Assembly: GCA_024679065.1 (NCBI GenBank)
Contig: JAGIQG010000001.1
Coordinates: 99,076,001 to 99,140,000 of the forward strand
Direction of reading: 5' to 3'
DNA: 64,000 nt
Origin: Sphyrna mokarran
Taxonomy: Eukaryota
A program made the translations under genes and the position numbers. The notes below the pieces were generated by a model. It worked only from the letters and a program-made list of their open reading frames with translations, searched no databases and was not told the DNA's origin. Numbering within the stretch: the stretch's first letter is position 1; each line of letters starts with the position of its first letter. Below, one piece after another: positions 1 to 13,275 of this stretch.

Positions 1-402
1 GATTTCAGTGGTGTGTTTTCCCTCGAAGCACATATTATTTTACAAATCACATGAAATGAGGATACTCAGAATATATTTTGGAGCAGGAATCCAGCTCAGA
101 CGTTGGTACAATTGTTGTGTTACAATTATGATATCCTTTAGTATCTTGATGGGTGGTCTGCTAGTATCTGCCTGAAACACTACAGCAATTGTCTGCAGTG
201 TTTGTTTGGTACAATAATTTACAATGCAAGCCGGATTACTCACATTGTTTTAAGGACACTGCTGCCAAAAACAGCAGGTAGCTGGCAGAGTAGCAAGTAT
301 CCATTTAATGTGGATATTTTAACTCTTTGATCATTCTCCATGTAATCAGCTCTGGTGGATTAAGTCACAAGTTCATTACTAGATGAATTTTATAAATGTT
401 AA

Positions 403-852
403 AGTAGGAATTTTATGCTCCCTGTTGGCAAGTTCTTAGGATGAAGGAGGTGGGGAAGATGAAATTGAAGGAAAGGGGATCTTTTCAGGCTCACTTGCTC
501 CGACCATGCACAGAATTTACAGTGGGTGGGCAAAGCCTCGGACAGGAATCCCCTCCTTGTTCCAATTGAGTCCCAATAATTGGCCACTTAAGGACCACAA
601 ATTTAAGATGACAGAAGGATTTACCTGTCTTCGGGGAAGCCTGATAAAGAACTGGCCTAGATCTTGGGTGGGAATAGGAGATGGGAGGACATGCCTGCAT
701 CAGAATCTGACCGCTGGCATGACCCCTTCCCCACCAGTGACCTTCTGAGCCCAACATTTCCTTCAAAGGCTCAAATGCCTCTTTACACCCACTACAGGGA
801 GTCTCTTTGGATGAGGGCAAGTGAGACCCCTGCCATCTGACAAATTCAGGCC
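403..852. mobile_element. Degenerate GC-rich MITE-like DNA-transposon relic (probably PIF/Harbinger-type)
   Basis: GC-rich block bounded by imperfect inverted ends gtaggaatttt / acaaattcaggcc, the same end motif as other MITEs in the window; no transposase ORF. Confidence 0.4.
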
Positions 853-1194
853 TGAGTTACACCAATGTTCAGCAATAGTTTAAATTTTATACAAATCTTT
901 ATCTCAGCAAAGTTATGAGGGATTATAATGAATACGATGTAGAACTATAATCATATCTCTGATTTATCCTAGCAATTAACAGTCATTTTAATAAGTCTAG
1001 TGCAAAGAAAGAGCCATGTGCTTCATGAAAGGAACTTCCCTTTTTGTTGTTATTGGTCAGATATAGTTTCATCATCATCTCAAATCAACACTGAGTAAAT
1101 AGGACAATCACTTCCAACAATTAAACAAATTGGTAATGTATTTCAAATAAGCCTCGTTTAATCAAAGTCTGTTTAATTCAGTTATCTTCATTGT

Positions 1195-1465
1195 GGCAAG
1201 GTGGCACAGTCATTAACACTGTTACCTCACAGTGCCAGGGACCCGGGTTCAATTCCCATCTTGGTCACCATCTATGCAGAGTCTGCATGTTTTCCCAGGA
1301 TTTCCTGTGGGTACTCTGGTTTCTTCCCACAGTCTGAAAGGCATGCTCTTTAAGTGCATTAGCCAAGTTAAATTCTCCCTCTGTGTACTCAAAACAGGTG
1401 CCGGAGTGTGGCGACCAGAGGATTTTCACAATAACCTCACAGTTTATTTGTGACAATAAAATAAA
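1195..1465 (+). mobile_element. HE1/V-SINE-type tRNA-derived SINE, tail type B
   Basis: tRNA-like head ggcaaggtggcacagtc, B box gggttcaattccc, core ggtactctggtttcttcccacagtc, tail ggattttcacaataac...ttgtgacaataaaataaa. Confidence 0.85.
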
Positions 1466-1920
1466 TATTGTCACCTATGTGACCAAAAGAAGTTATCCTG
1501 TTAATTTATTAGGCTCTTATCAGTTTTTTGAGACAACAGTGAAGAACTAATGCAGCCTGAAATACAAACTCTGAGATGAAGAATAAAACAAAAATTATTT
1601 TGGCTCTCGAGTTGGTTGGTTTCTTGTTCTGGATTGGCAACAATCAAACAATATCAAATATCTCCTCTAGAACTGCTCACACCCAGTCTCCAAAATAATT
1701 GACTCCTTTGAGTTTACTTAAGGTTATAAAAACAAAGCAGGATCACCTTATTTCATTTGATACATAATTCTATATTGCTGCAGGTCAATTGACATGATGG
1801 CTGAGAGGGTAAGATTGCAGAATGGCGCACGTGGAGCACTTACGCTGAACCTCAGTCTTGGAGACTAATGACCATTTGAAGAAAACATTCAAAGTTTTTC
1901 CCAACAAGTTCAGACTCCTG

Positions 1921-2183
1921 CAGTATAGTGGTGCAGTAGTTAACACTGCTGCCTCACAGCACCAAGGACCTGGGTTCAATTCCAGCATTAGGTCACTGTC
2001 TGTGTGGAGATTGCACGTTCGCCCCGTGCCTGTTTCCTCTGGGTGCTCCAGTTTCCTCTCACAGAGCAAAAGTCATGCTGGTTAGGTGCTCTGACCATGC
2101 AAAATTCTTTTTCGGTGTACCTAAGTGTGGTGACTAGGGGATTTTCACATTTAAGCCTATTTGTGACACTGATAAATAAATAA
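1921..2183 (+). mobile_element. HE1/V-SINE-type SINE, tail type B
   Basis: gtggtgcagtagttaacactgctgcctcacagc head, gggttcaattcc B box, V-type core, tail ggggattttcac...ttgtgacactgataaataaa. Confidence 0.85.
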
Positions 2184-2194
2184 GCTGACAGTTT

Positions 2195-2883
2195 GGGCTG
2201 ATTTGGCACCCATGTTTGCCATCAGGGAAAGAGATGACATGGGTGCAAAATGCCACAAGACTCAGTAAACGAGACACTTGCCAGCAAGAACTAATTTCCC
2301 AATTTTCTCTGCCCTCACAGTGATGTAACGAGATTCCTATCCTTTCAGTTAAATGCATATTAATGAATCTGTATATTATTAAATCAAATGATTCCCCTCA
2401 TTGAATATTCAAACATTGCCAATTTGCCAACCTGGGAGTGCCAGCTTGTGCAAACATGTACCAGGCAGGCTTACCATCATGTGTGGTGGGAGAAGTGTTG
2501 AGGCATTTGAAGGGAGGAGCTTCAAGGAAAGATTGCAAACAGTAATGCCTCAGTGGCTGTTAGTTGTGTTGGGAGGAATGGTTTGGTCAAGTCAAGCTCC
2601 CCCTTTGTGGTCCTCAGTCAGAGGTGGGGCGGGTGGGTAGTTTTATTTCAGTTCTCATTAGGGTACCCTTGAAAAGTGGCTCCTTGATCTTTTGGAGCTG
2701 GCCTCGCCGGCTCTATCAGATGCACCCCATCAGACTGATGGCGTAAACCACCCCCTCACCACCCCCAATTAGACAGTTTTGGTTCAAAACCCAGTCTGAC
2801 TGCTCAGCTATGTAACTGGAGGGATACACATCGGTTTTCAGTCAAAGCCTGGGACTTGGTCAAATTATCGGAAAAATCTGCCC
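2195..2883. mobile_element. Degenerate MITE-like element
   Basis: Imperfect inverted ends gggctgattt / aaaatctgccc around a GC-richer interior. Confidence 0.4.
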
Positions 2884-3536
2884 ATTTTGTTCCCTGAGAG
2901 AATACAGCCTGAAAGTATCTGCAATATATTTATTACAAGAATGTATAACTCAAATGGTTTTAGCTCAATATATCAGTAAATTGGGACATATTTTAGTGCT
3001 GATTTCCTCAAAATATTCATCACAATATAAACTACAATTAATCATTAAAAAAAAACTAAGAATCAACAAGAAAGGGAACTTAAATTGCTTAGACTTCAGT
3101 TTACTTAAAGAAAGCAACATAATCTTAAACACATATGTCAATGGAGATCCAAGCCTTTCTTATCAATATCACTGATACATGCATCCTGAAATGTATAAAC
3201 TCCACACATGGTGAAAAGTCTCATTGGATGTAGACATGGGTCAAAAACATTCCCTTGGAGAGCAGTACTTGACTCTCTGATGCTTTCTCTTGCCCAGTGA
3301 CACTCCATGTCCGGAGCAAGACTTTATAACTTCAGGGCTCTGGAACTCCCTCATGGTACTTCCACAATCTCCACTAATTAAATGGATAACTTTTGACATT
3401 ATTCTAAATTCCAAGGACATTCAGAATGGAATTTTTCTTGTCCTTGTTCCTTCTATTGAAGCAATGCTCTCAACAACAGATCACCTGGGGAAATATTATT
3501 TTTCTCTTTATCTTTTTACTTCCTGCTTCCTTTTGT

Positions 3537-3945
3537 GCCAGCTGGGACTCAGTTGGTAGAGGCCTTGCCACTGAATTGCAAGACTGTGGATTCAAGTCCT
3601 ATGACTGACTTGAACACAACATTCAAGGCTAACAATCTGGCGCAATACTGGGAACGTGCAACATGAACATTAAAGTGAGGCTTCTCTGGTGGATGTGAAA
3701 GATCCCATGGTATCATTTTGAAGCTAAGCAAGAGAATTATATGTCCTAATGTCCTGGCCAATAGTTATCCCTCAACCAATATCATAGAGGGAGATTATCC
3801 AGTCATTATCACATTGTTGTTTGTGGGAGTTTGCAGTGAGCATATTAGCTATCACATATTTTGTATTACACCAATAACCACATTCATTATAGGTTCATTT
3901 GTGGTAAATCTCTTTTGGACAATCACTGACCATGAAAAGTCACAA
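3537..3945 (+). mobile_element. SacSINE1/DeuSINE-like SINE
   Basis: tRNA head gactcagttggtag...ggattcaagtcc; body ggatgtgaaagatcccatgg, gtcctggccaatagttatccctcaacc, gtcattatcacattgttgtttgtgggag; reverse complement of the copies at 12190 and 14416. Confidence 0.8.
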
Positions 3946-3970
3946 GACTCTCTTTCTTCTCAAGACAATA

Positions 3971-4096
3971 GGTGGGATTTTATGGCCTCACTCACCCTGA
4001 AATTGGAACATCCCACCCAAGGTCAACCGACCTTTCCAAAGGTCCACTCCTCATCCGACCTGATTCCCATGTGGGTGGGATGGTAAAATTCCAGCC
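3971..4096. mobile_element. ~125-bp MITE, family shared with 62663-62784
   Basis: Inverted ends ggtgggatttt / aaaattccagcc; interior aligns by eye with the reverse complement of 62663-62784. Confidence 0.65.
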
Positions 4097-5241
4097 ATTG
4101 ACTCTGGTTGTGTGGATCCAGAAAAACTGGTTGTCCTGCAATGCTCCTGCCAACTGGTCAGTAATCATGTGCGAGTGCCACTCAGGTTTTTCAACTTTAA
4201 CTGGGCCAGCTGACTGGGATGGATGGCCAGGGAACAAGGGGAGGCTGTGAGAGGCTGGGAAGCACCTAAAATTAATTCTCATGTCATATTCACCCAGGCA
4301 CACACTTGCAGCAGCTGTCTTTTCATGGTGATTACAGGCAAGACCATAACCAATGCTTCCTTGCTTCCCACTGCTACTGCCATCTCACCTACCTCAGTGC
4401 AGATCTGAGTATTCAGTATGTATTACTACTTAGTTTACTACTTAATGAATTTAATCAGCCAACATTTTTAACACTTTTAACATAATTCTGGCAGAAGATG
4501 TGACTCAGAGAAAACATAATGTAGGTCTTTGGGAAATGGAATCATTTTCAGAGCTCCCTGCTGTAGTTAAGACACTAAAATCATGGCTCATTTCCAGAAT
4601 CAATTTAGTCTACAATCTACTGAATGACAATGCAATTGAATATGAAAACAATAGATTTTGATGCAGCCCCCTAAGAATAATCTCTTCAAACAACTCAATC
4701 TAGATATTTTTTATAAAACTGAAGTCTTTAAAAAAAATCACAATTAGATCCCTGAAAACTGATCATCTGTTATTTAAGAGGCAACATAGAGCTTTGCCAA
4801 GACTTTCTGTATGTTGAAATAAAATACTCAACTTAAATTGCATGACAGCATCATTCAATCAATATTCCGTGTTCACTGTTTCTCCATCTCTCAGCCCAGC
4901 TCTGCTGCTCTCTAATTTTACTGCATGAGTTTCCATTTGAACCTAATCAAGGTGGATTGCACTCATTGTGCAAAACTCAACAGGCCTTTGGGTACAATCA
5001 TTGTATGTAAATTGCATTTGTAGTAACTAACAGATTTGCTAGTAAGAATAAGTCATCCATTAAGCCTTCTTGCAGGTATATGTATTTATCACATTTTCTA
5101 AACAGACCAGAAAATCTAAAGTGAGCCTGAATAGATTTGAAATCTGCATTACCACATTTGATTATATTAGGGTGCCAGATCAGAAATCCCAAGGTATATT
5201 AAGAATATAGACTAGGCCCCAACATTCTTTTTCTATTTTGG

Positions 5242-6020
5242 TGTTAGTGTGAGGATAAAATATTTCACTCCATTCTAATAACAAACCAGGGAGCTTTTAT
5301 CAAGACAAATTTTATTTAACACATATTAACTATAATTGATGAACTAGCTTAACTTTTAACAATTGAACAATGCTGAAACATAGCAAGATACAATTCTTCA
5401 CTGCAAACTTATTACTAAAAGATCCAATGAAGCAAAATTTCCTTGACAGACTTAAATCGCTCTTTATAATTAGTTAGCAAAACATAGGTATACTTGCTTG
5501 AGATTTTGGTTAACAGTCCTGGAGCTTTCAGAAAGGCTCTAGGGAGAGAGTAAGAGAGCAATCAAGTGAGCAAGCACGCGAGAGAGTGAGCACACGAGAG
5601 AGAGTATGAGAGACAGCGAACGAGGGCATGCAAGAACGCGAAAGAAAGAAAGAGAGAGAGAGAGACACTACTTTCTCTCACAAGTCCAGACAGCAATTGC
5701 TTGAATTTTAAAATGAAAATGAAGCTGGTCTTTTCAGCAAACTTAGCTCCTCCTATAAATCACATGACCCTGTGCCATCAATCAACCTAATCAAAACTCA
5801 CATAACTCTGTGCATTGAGCCTAAAATCCCAAGAGAATCTAAATGTACAAAGGTCATTTAATAATACAAAGTAACACATTCCAAGCTAAAATCAGTTATT
5901 AGCCTGCATTCTTAGCATCTGTTGAATATTTCTCAAACAAACTGACAATTATAATGAAACACTACCTCTTAAAGCCTACCCTACACATTAAAATATATCA
6001 ATATAGTACAGTATCATCAT
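5242..6020 (-). mobile_element. Possible solo LTR
   Basis: Starts tgttag and ends catcata (possibly decayed catcaca); minus-strand AATAAA near 5311; internal GA-rich tract. No clear TSD. Confidence 0.3.
5542..5666 (+). repeat. Degenerate (GA)n / purine-rich microsatellite
   Basis: gagagagtaagagagc...gaaagaaagaaagagagagagagagac. Confidence 0.85.
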
Positions 6021-7815
6021 AATTAATATTAGAACCAATCTCAACACATTTCTAAAGTCAGATCACTCCTTGAGGAGTACAAGCTGTCTGATATGATTTG
6101 ATAAATTGACAGTGCCCAGAAGAGAGATCCTCCACTGGGAATAAGTGAGTTGTGTTTTACTGAAAAGCGTGACAGAAATCTACGACATTATTAAAGCTTG
6201 CTGGATTTTTCAATGACAAGGTGACACTTATTCATAACATTTCAAAACTCTAAAACAATACACGATATTCTGATCACAGTCCAGATAAAACCACGTCGAT
6301 CTGTTCCACAATTTAAATTTACAGACTGCAAGGTCATTTTTGAAATAAACTCTTGTGCATATTCAAACAGATTTTTGATATTACTTTTGATTTATTAATT
6401 TAAAGTTGATAGTGCAGCATTATGAACTCTGAAGAACCTTTATGTTCTGTGAAAGAGGGTGTTATGCAACACAGAATTCTTCAGCCCTTATAAGTCATTA
6501 AAATGGTGAGAGATTTACCATGGTGAGACATGTCATAAATTTCACTGACGCACCCTGCAACTTGCATAGTTTATTATCGCACATCACAATTTTGCATTTA
6601 AAATTCTGAAAGCAATGAAAATGTCGAAATCCAGAGGCATCTGAACAATAAGACATTGGCTGGGCTAATGATCAAAAAGACAGCTGCTGTACTTTTTATT
6701 GAGAAAGTAGGCTCTAAAATCATCTGTTAGTTTGCATTTTGAGGCAGATCTTAAGTCACTTTCCACCAGGAATTTAAACACACTGGAACTGGGTCTTCAA
6801 AACCATTCAATGCAATTGTTTCCACTTTTCCAAGTCCCCTCTTTCAAACATCCCAATATAAGCTAATCATTGTTTCACCACCTCAGAGTGATAGGAGTCT
6901 CTTTCCATTTTGAGGGACTTCATATATGAACATTTTGTTTGCAGTTGTGAAGGCGCTAAGGAGGCTTCTGAGCAGATGTTCCTATTTTCCATGTTTCTAT
7001 ATACTATTTATTATAAAATTAGCATATAAAGCAGAATTCCTGCAGTTGTGAATGCCCAGTAGGCTTTTCCTGAGCTTCACCTAAAGCTCTCCATGAAAGA
7101 AGAAACAAAATAATAAAACAAATGCTTTCAAATATTTGTCCAGTTCTGGCAACTTACCAAGATTTGAAATGATGCAATGAACATGATTTAAAGATACTCA
7201 TAAATAGTTCATGCTGAAGGAGTCTGCAAGTGTAACATATGGGCTGCTTTGCTTGATTCTTTTAAGCATATATCTTCATATTTATCTAATTTACACAATG
7301 GATAACTGCAGCAGTGCAGTTACACAGTTGATACGAACACAAACAGGGCCATACAAACACTTCCCAAATCTGCAGACAGAAGATGTTGACCTACAGAGAC
7401 CAAGCTTTTGGTTCCAGCAGGCTGAAGTGACAAAATGCCTCAGGACCATTTAGGTGCAAGCTGCATAGCACTGTGTTTTGTGTAAAACCCATTAAACTAA
7501 ATCTAATGAACCGAAGAACAAATTAAAAGAGCCAATCCCTTAAAGGGATATTGCTTTAAACAAAAACAAATCGCAAATGAAACTTAAAATCATCAAACTA
7601 AAACATGATTAAAGAGGTCATGGAAGAAGATATCCAATCACATATTCTGCTGAGCCACTATTTTCATTTGTATTTTTTCAAATTTCTTCACTTCCTTTTT
7701 TAACATTATTGTTAATTATCTCCCAGCTTCGTTCATACTGGTGTTAAACTGAAAATAATTGTGTGACAGTTTGGAGCAGATAGTTGTCTCTAAAACTGCA
7801 CTTATTTAAAGTTGG

Positions 7816-7853
7816 GTAAGACAAGAGTTTATCAGTAAGACAAGAGTTTATCA
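7816..7853. repeat. Perfect 19-bp tandem duplication
   Basis: gtaagacaagagtttatca twice in a row. Confidence 0.95.
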
Positions 7854-8051
7854 ATCAGAAGAATTTTAGTTCCAATCCCATTACTTGTCAGTGTATGTTT
7901 ACAAGATCCTCTTAGTTCTTTTTAACCCAAGACAATACTGTAACAGATGCACAATGAAGCCTCGGGACTTCTATTTTCCCAGAGGACAGGGAATATTTTT
8001 GGTAATGGAAGGTAATTTTGACAAACTAGGATGTTGACAATCATTGCATCC

Positions 8052-8352
8052 TCATAGTGCAGAAGGAGGTCATTTGGCTCATCAAGTCTGCACCAACAAC
8101 AATCCCACGTAGTCACCATCCCCTTTGCCCCACATATTCATCCCGCTAATACCTCTAACTATGCATTCCGGGACACTAGGGGGCAATTTAGGATGGCCAA
8201 CGAACTTAACCTGCACATCTTAGGAGTGTGGAAGGAAACCGGAGCACCTGGAGGAAACCCATGCAGGCACGAGGAGAACATACAGACTCTGCACAGAACC
8301 AAGCCAGGAATGGACCTCGAGTCCCTGGCATTCTGAGGCACCATTGTACCAC
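8052..8352 (-). mobile_element. HE1 SINE with CR1/HER1-type tail (type A)
   Basis: Reverse complement of the HE1 pattern: agtgcagaaggagg tail, ggacactagggggcaatttag, ggaaaccggagcacctggaggaaaccca core. Confidence 0.85.
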
Positions 8353-9801
8353 AATCCTTTAACTCAAAGATGGGAGTGTTATGACGGAACAATTCAATAA
8401 TTCAGGTTGCTCATCACAATAGATCGCTAGGAAACATTTAAGTAAAAAAGTAAATTTTAGAGTAACATTTTCCTAAAACATACAACTGTTACTGGACTAA
8501 ATTTATGATAAATATAAAATAAATATTAGTTCAGGGAAGCAGATAATCATGTCAATGTCGAAACACAGGTAATCAAACCATACAATACTCATAAACTTGG
8601 TGTGTCTACACAGAGGCTGAATCTTGACATCCTTAAGAGAAGTTGCTGAAGGGCGGTTTGAAGTGCTGTTGGATGTCAGTTCACATCCAGCATTCAGGAA
8701 GAAATGGCAGCATTTATAATCCAGTTCATGTTCTATCCCATCTTTACATTGCACTGCTATATGATTACAATCAGACCACTCACATACACTCATTTTGAAC
8801 CATCATATTATTCAATAACAAACAGGAAAGCTGTGATCACTGCACCTTGCAACTGCCTGCTAAGTTAAAGCTGAATGCACACCATATTGAACATTCTCCT
8901 TATCCCTGAATCCCAATCAAAGAAATCATCCAAGCAACAAGTGGATGTAAAGGTACTCATCTTCTGAATCCACTAAATTTTCATCAGAATATAACTCTCA
9001 GGTTCTGAAGACTTGGCCAGCATTTTGATTTCAAAAATTGAATAACTATTTATAGCCTGACTGTAGTAGTTAAAGTGTCAAACCAACTACTTTAAATGGG
9101 TGGATTGAGCACCCATATTCCCAACTCTGGGAAGTAGGCAGGTTGGAGGTGGGTTGTTGTTGAGATTTTGACTTTTAAGAATTTAATTCCCCCATGTGAT
9201 TTAAATCTGCCCATTTATTGTGGTTAAAAATACCCTCAAGATGGTCTTATAAAGGGCTAAATCATCATTATAATCGTAAGGTATGTAAACTTGCTGAGTA
9301 TTTCAGTTAGTGAGTGCAGTGAGTGGGAATGCCCAAGATTTCTATTGGGTGGCAGAATATTTCTGCATTCAACTCAAAATTATACTGAGCCGCAGCATCA
9401 AATATATTCTCCAAAACTGGAAAATGATAATAATAACTGAACTACTTCTCCAAGAGTACAATTCTACGCATAGCTAGTTTGTGAGGGAGTGAGACAATTT
9501 CCGTTAAAGGTTCTTATGCCAATGTTGTAGTTATATTTACACAGATTTGGTCACTTCTAGGCAAGCAGTTTCACACAAATAGGTCATCAGCATTATGCAT
9601 GGCTTAAAAGAAAATGCTAAAAGTATAGCAGAAGAGTGTCAGACTGTTAAGTGTGAGGTCTCAGTTCAGTCCAAGTTCTGACCAGAATGCAAACTTAAAA
9701 TGCCTTGACTGGTAAGCTTCAGTTGGAGAACAAGATGCTTAGTAAATGGGCAGCAAACATTAGCAATGCCACCACCGCAACGCCAACTTCACAATTAGTC
9801 A

Positions 9802-10560
9802 ATGGACAAAATTTTCCCCAAAAATGGCAACGTTCTGTCTGAAAGCCAGTTTGTTTCTCCCCAGAGAGACAGGCAGCTTTTCTCCCAAGATCTTCTGACA
9901 CTGTCAAAAAAAAAACAGGCATGTTTTGGGCCATCATTCCTGAGGGCCACAGCCTAAAGACACTGATGAGTCCTGCTACGCAGAGGTTTTCTAAAAGGGT
10001 GCCCAATCTAAAATTAAATTTAAAGACCACCCTCTCCTGGCATCAGGGCATTAGAGCCACCACTTCCCACCCCTCCCCCCACCTCCCCAGAATCCATGCA
10101 GCCGCCCCTCCCCCTCAATGCTAACTTCACCCCTCACCATCGCAAGACAAGAATGAACCTCTGTTCCCCCCATCACTGTCATTCCCTCCCCCAAAAATTA
10201 GAGAAGCCCAATGGGATTTCCTTGAGGCCCCACCTTGGCAATGCCAACTTGGCAACACCAACATGGCAACACCAACATGGCAATGCCAGGTCATGGCCTC
10301 ACCACTTGGAGGCAACAGTTAGCTCCTAACCCCCGGCATAGTCATCATGACTGCTTTTCATTTTTGGAATCAAGTGATGATGTCATGCCAGCAGGCGGAG
10401 CATACGGTGAATCCACAAGAAACGGCATTATGTCAGTTAGGTATATTTAAATCTTCTTAAATTGATGGAAACAGGGCATAAACCTTGCAATGTCACCAAC
10501 ATTCTGAGATCTCCCCATCGCAAATTACGTCACAGTCCTCTCAGAAGAGTGAGAGCTGTA
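9802..10560. mobile_element. Degenerate GC-rich MITE-like relic with an internal 14-bp tandem array
   Basis: Starts tggacaaaattttcccc; C-rich interior; right boundary uncertain. Confidence 0.35.
10236..10288. repeat. 14-bp minisatellite, about 3.8 units (tggcaacaccaaca)
   Basis: tggcaatgccaact tggcaacaccaaca tggcaacaccaaca tggcaatgcca. Confidence 0.85.
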
Positions 10561-10579
10561 ATGGGATTTGATCAGTGCT

Positions 10580-10772
10580 GGTCATCGAATTCCTGATCCT
10601 CCTGCTCCCATATCCCTTGATCCCTTTAGCTCCAAGAGCTACATCTAATTTCTTCTTGAAATCAGATGACATTTTGGCCTCAACTACTTTCTGTGCAGTG
10701 ATTTCCACACATTCATGATCCTGCAGGTGAAGAAATTTCTCCTCATCTCAGTTCTATAGTTTTACCCCTTAC
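10580..10772 (-). mobile_element. CR1/HER1 LINE 3' fragment
   Basis: catatcccttgatccctttag...ttggcctcaactactttctg...gtgaagaaatttctcctcatctcag; similar to 13077-13275. Confidence 0.75.
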
Positions 10773-11143
10773 CAAAGAACAAAGAAAATTACAGCACGGG
10801 AACAGACCTATCAGCCCTCCAAGCCTGCATCAACCACGCTGCCTGACCGAACTAAAACGCCTGACCCTTTCGGGGACCATATCCCTCTATCCCATCCTAT
10901 TCATGTACTTATCAAGATGCCCCTCAAAAGTCACTATTGTATCTGCTTCCATTATCTCCCCTGGCAGTGAGTTCCATGCACCCGCCACCTCTATATAAAA
11001 AAACCTACCTCTTATATCTCCTTTAAACTTTGCCACCTGCACCTTCAACTTATGCCCCTAGTAATTGACTGTTCCACCCTGTGAAAAAGCCCCTCACTAT
11101 CCACTCTGTCCATGCCTCTCATAATCTTGTAGATTTCTATCAA
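10773..11143 (-). mobile_element. CR1 LINE 3' end of a second subfamily, abutting or inserted into the previous fragment
   Basis: Short-repeat tail aaagaacaaagaaaattacagcac, then ggcagtgagttccatgcacc and ctctcataatcttgtagatttctatc (reverse of the RT C-terminal IEIYKIMRG motif). Confidence 0.8.
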
Positions 11144-12189
11144 AATTATCAAGATATTCCCATCGGGACAATGTTATAAATTTGTGATTGATTCTTGAAT
11201 CCTATTTTCATTAACAAGTTCTATTTCCATTCAATCTGTGGCCCTGATATCAAGAATCAGCTTTTTTCATTATTTGATAGTTTTGAAGAGAATACCAGTT
11301 TAAAATGAATGTTAAGTAACCCCAAACGTTTCGTAAAACAAACATCCGACTCACTAGATCCTGCTCAATCATCTAGTTTTAAACTGGGGATTTTGTCACA
11401 TTAACATTTGCGAGCTCTTCCATATCTGAGAAATAGTTTGTCCTCCCTGAGGTTGTGAAAGACGGAACATAACAGTTGGTAAAGATCAGTTCACTGGTAT
11501 GGCATCATAAAGTCAAAACTGGTATTGTAATGCACCAACAGGATGTAAGTAAAGAAATGGTGTGCCATTCGTCAAAACATGAACATCATAGCGTCGAGGA
11601 TTTCAAGTATATTACACCCACTTAGAATAACAGACTACTAGAACCAGTATATCACTTTATATGTTATCGAATCAGGGACAAAAATCCAACCTGTGAATTA
11701 GGTGCAGAAATATTTCCTTAACACCTAGAAAATGGAATAATAATTGGAACGATTTTGTTTTATTTATCTTGGAGGTTTGAAATCATTTCAATTTTTCAAG
11801 TGTGGAAGTGTTTTTGTTTCAGCGGCTTATAAAGCCCACAGAGGAGTGTGGTCTTTCCCACCACTTAATGCAAATATTACTCTTGAAGTCTTCGAGCGTC
11901 AAGGGGGTTGAAGCCAAAAACAGTTGAGGTGCAACATCCATGAAATAGGCTTTCGCCTGAACTGCTGATACTGAGATAAATAATAATGCCCGATGATCTA
12001 ACAGATCCAATCCAGTGCTTCATGAGTATTTCTGGTCAAGTAGCAATCAGAGTCTGTTGAGCTGGCAGCTTGACAGACCAGCATGTGTGCAGATGGATAT
12101 TGGTGGCCATCTTGCATTGACAGGAGACATAATGTAACCTATTCAGCAGTGCAATCTGTAAAAGCAGTTCATGCCTTTTCTAAAGAGGA

Positions 12190-12608
12190 GAAAAGCTTTG
12201 CCTTTACATACTGTCTTTTATGACCACTGGACATCTCAAAATGCAAATGAAGCATTTTTGAAGTGTAGTCACTGTTGTAAATAGCAGTAAAATTTGCATA
12301 GAGACAACACCACTGAATAGCAATGTGATACTGACCAGATAATCTGTTTTATACTAATGTTGATCGAGGGATAAATATTACCAGGATACTGGAGATTATT
12401 CTCCTGATTTTCTTTGAAATAGTCCCGTGCGATCTTGTGCATTCACTTCAGCTTGGCTGAAGGTGCCTTACTCTAATGTCTCAACCAAAAGGTGACAGTG
12501 AGGTGCTCCCCAGGTATTTGATCTTTGTGCTCAAACCCTGGCTGGAGTGCGTTTTGAACCCGAAATCTTGAGATTCAGAGGCGAGACTGCCCTCTGCACC
12601 TCATGGCT
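12190..12608 (-). mobile_element. SacSINE1/DeuSINE-like SINE
   Basis: ttttgaagtgtagtcactgttgtaa, gaccagataatctgtttt, gagggataaatatt, ttgaacccg (reverse B box), tcagaggcgaga. Confidence 0.8.
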
Positions 12609-13076
12609 CCATGAAATAACCACTGACATTCCCCCCCACCCTCCCCCACTTATTGTAATAAGATTCTTGTGCTCATTTCAGACCCAGACTCCTAAATTTA
12701 TTTGCCTTGGGCACTTGCATTGTCCAGGCTCTAACTGGCATTTCTGAGTTTTAAGTAGCGTAACCAACAGTCTTTAAAGGAATGAGCTGAGATTGTTTGC
12801 AGGCTGCCCAACATGAAAAATCCTTTGCACTCTGTGGAGTTGCAAGGGGCAGAAATGCTCCACTTGACTTCACAAAATATCTGCAAGCTGCTAATGGCTG
12901 CTCCCCATCCATCCCCCCAGTCACTTATCACCCCATCCTACACATACACCCTGAGGTCAGGGCTACATTCATTAGGTCCAAACAAGCAAGCTGTTTCTGA
13001 TTAATGCCCACAGTTTGCCTGATTTATACTGTTGAGGCCCAGGGCCTCTTCATTCTGGCACATTATCAGAATCATG

Positions 13077-13275
13077 TTTAGAAACATAAAAACTAGAAGT
13101 AGGAGTAGGCCATTCAGCCCTTTGAGCCTGATGATCTACCACTTCTTCTTGATCATAACCGATCATCAAATTCAATATCCTGTTCGCCTCCCCGACCCCA
13201 ACTCCATCCCCCTATATCCCTTGATCCCTTTAGTCCTGGGAGTTATATCTAATTTCTTGAAATCAGACAACTTTT
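13077..13275 (-). mobile_element. CR1/HER1 LINE 3' end
   Basis: tagaaacataaaaactagaagtaggagtaggccattcagccc tail followed by atcccttgatccctttag. Confidence 0.8.

Noticed and set aside
10236-10288. Short repeat array as CRISPR or an NFI site cluster
   Set aside because: No spacers and eukaryotic context; TTGGC/GCCAA spacing is 3 nt, not the 5 nt of NFI sites.
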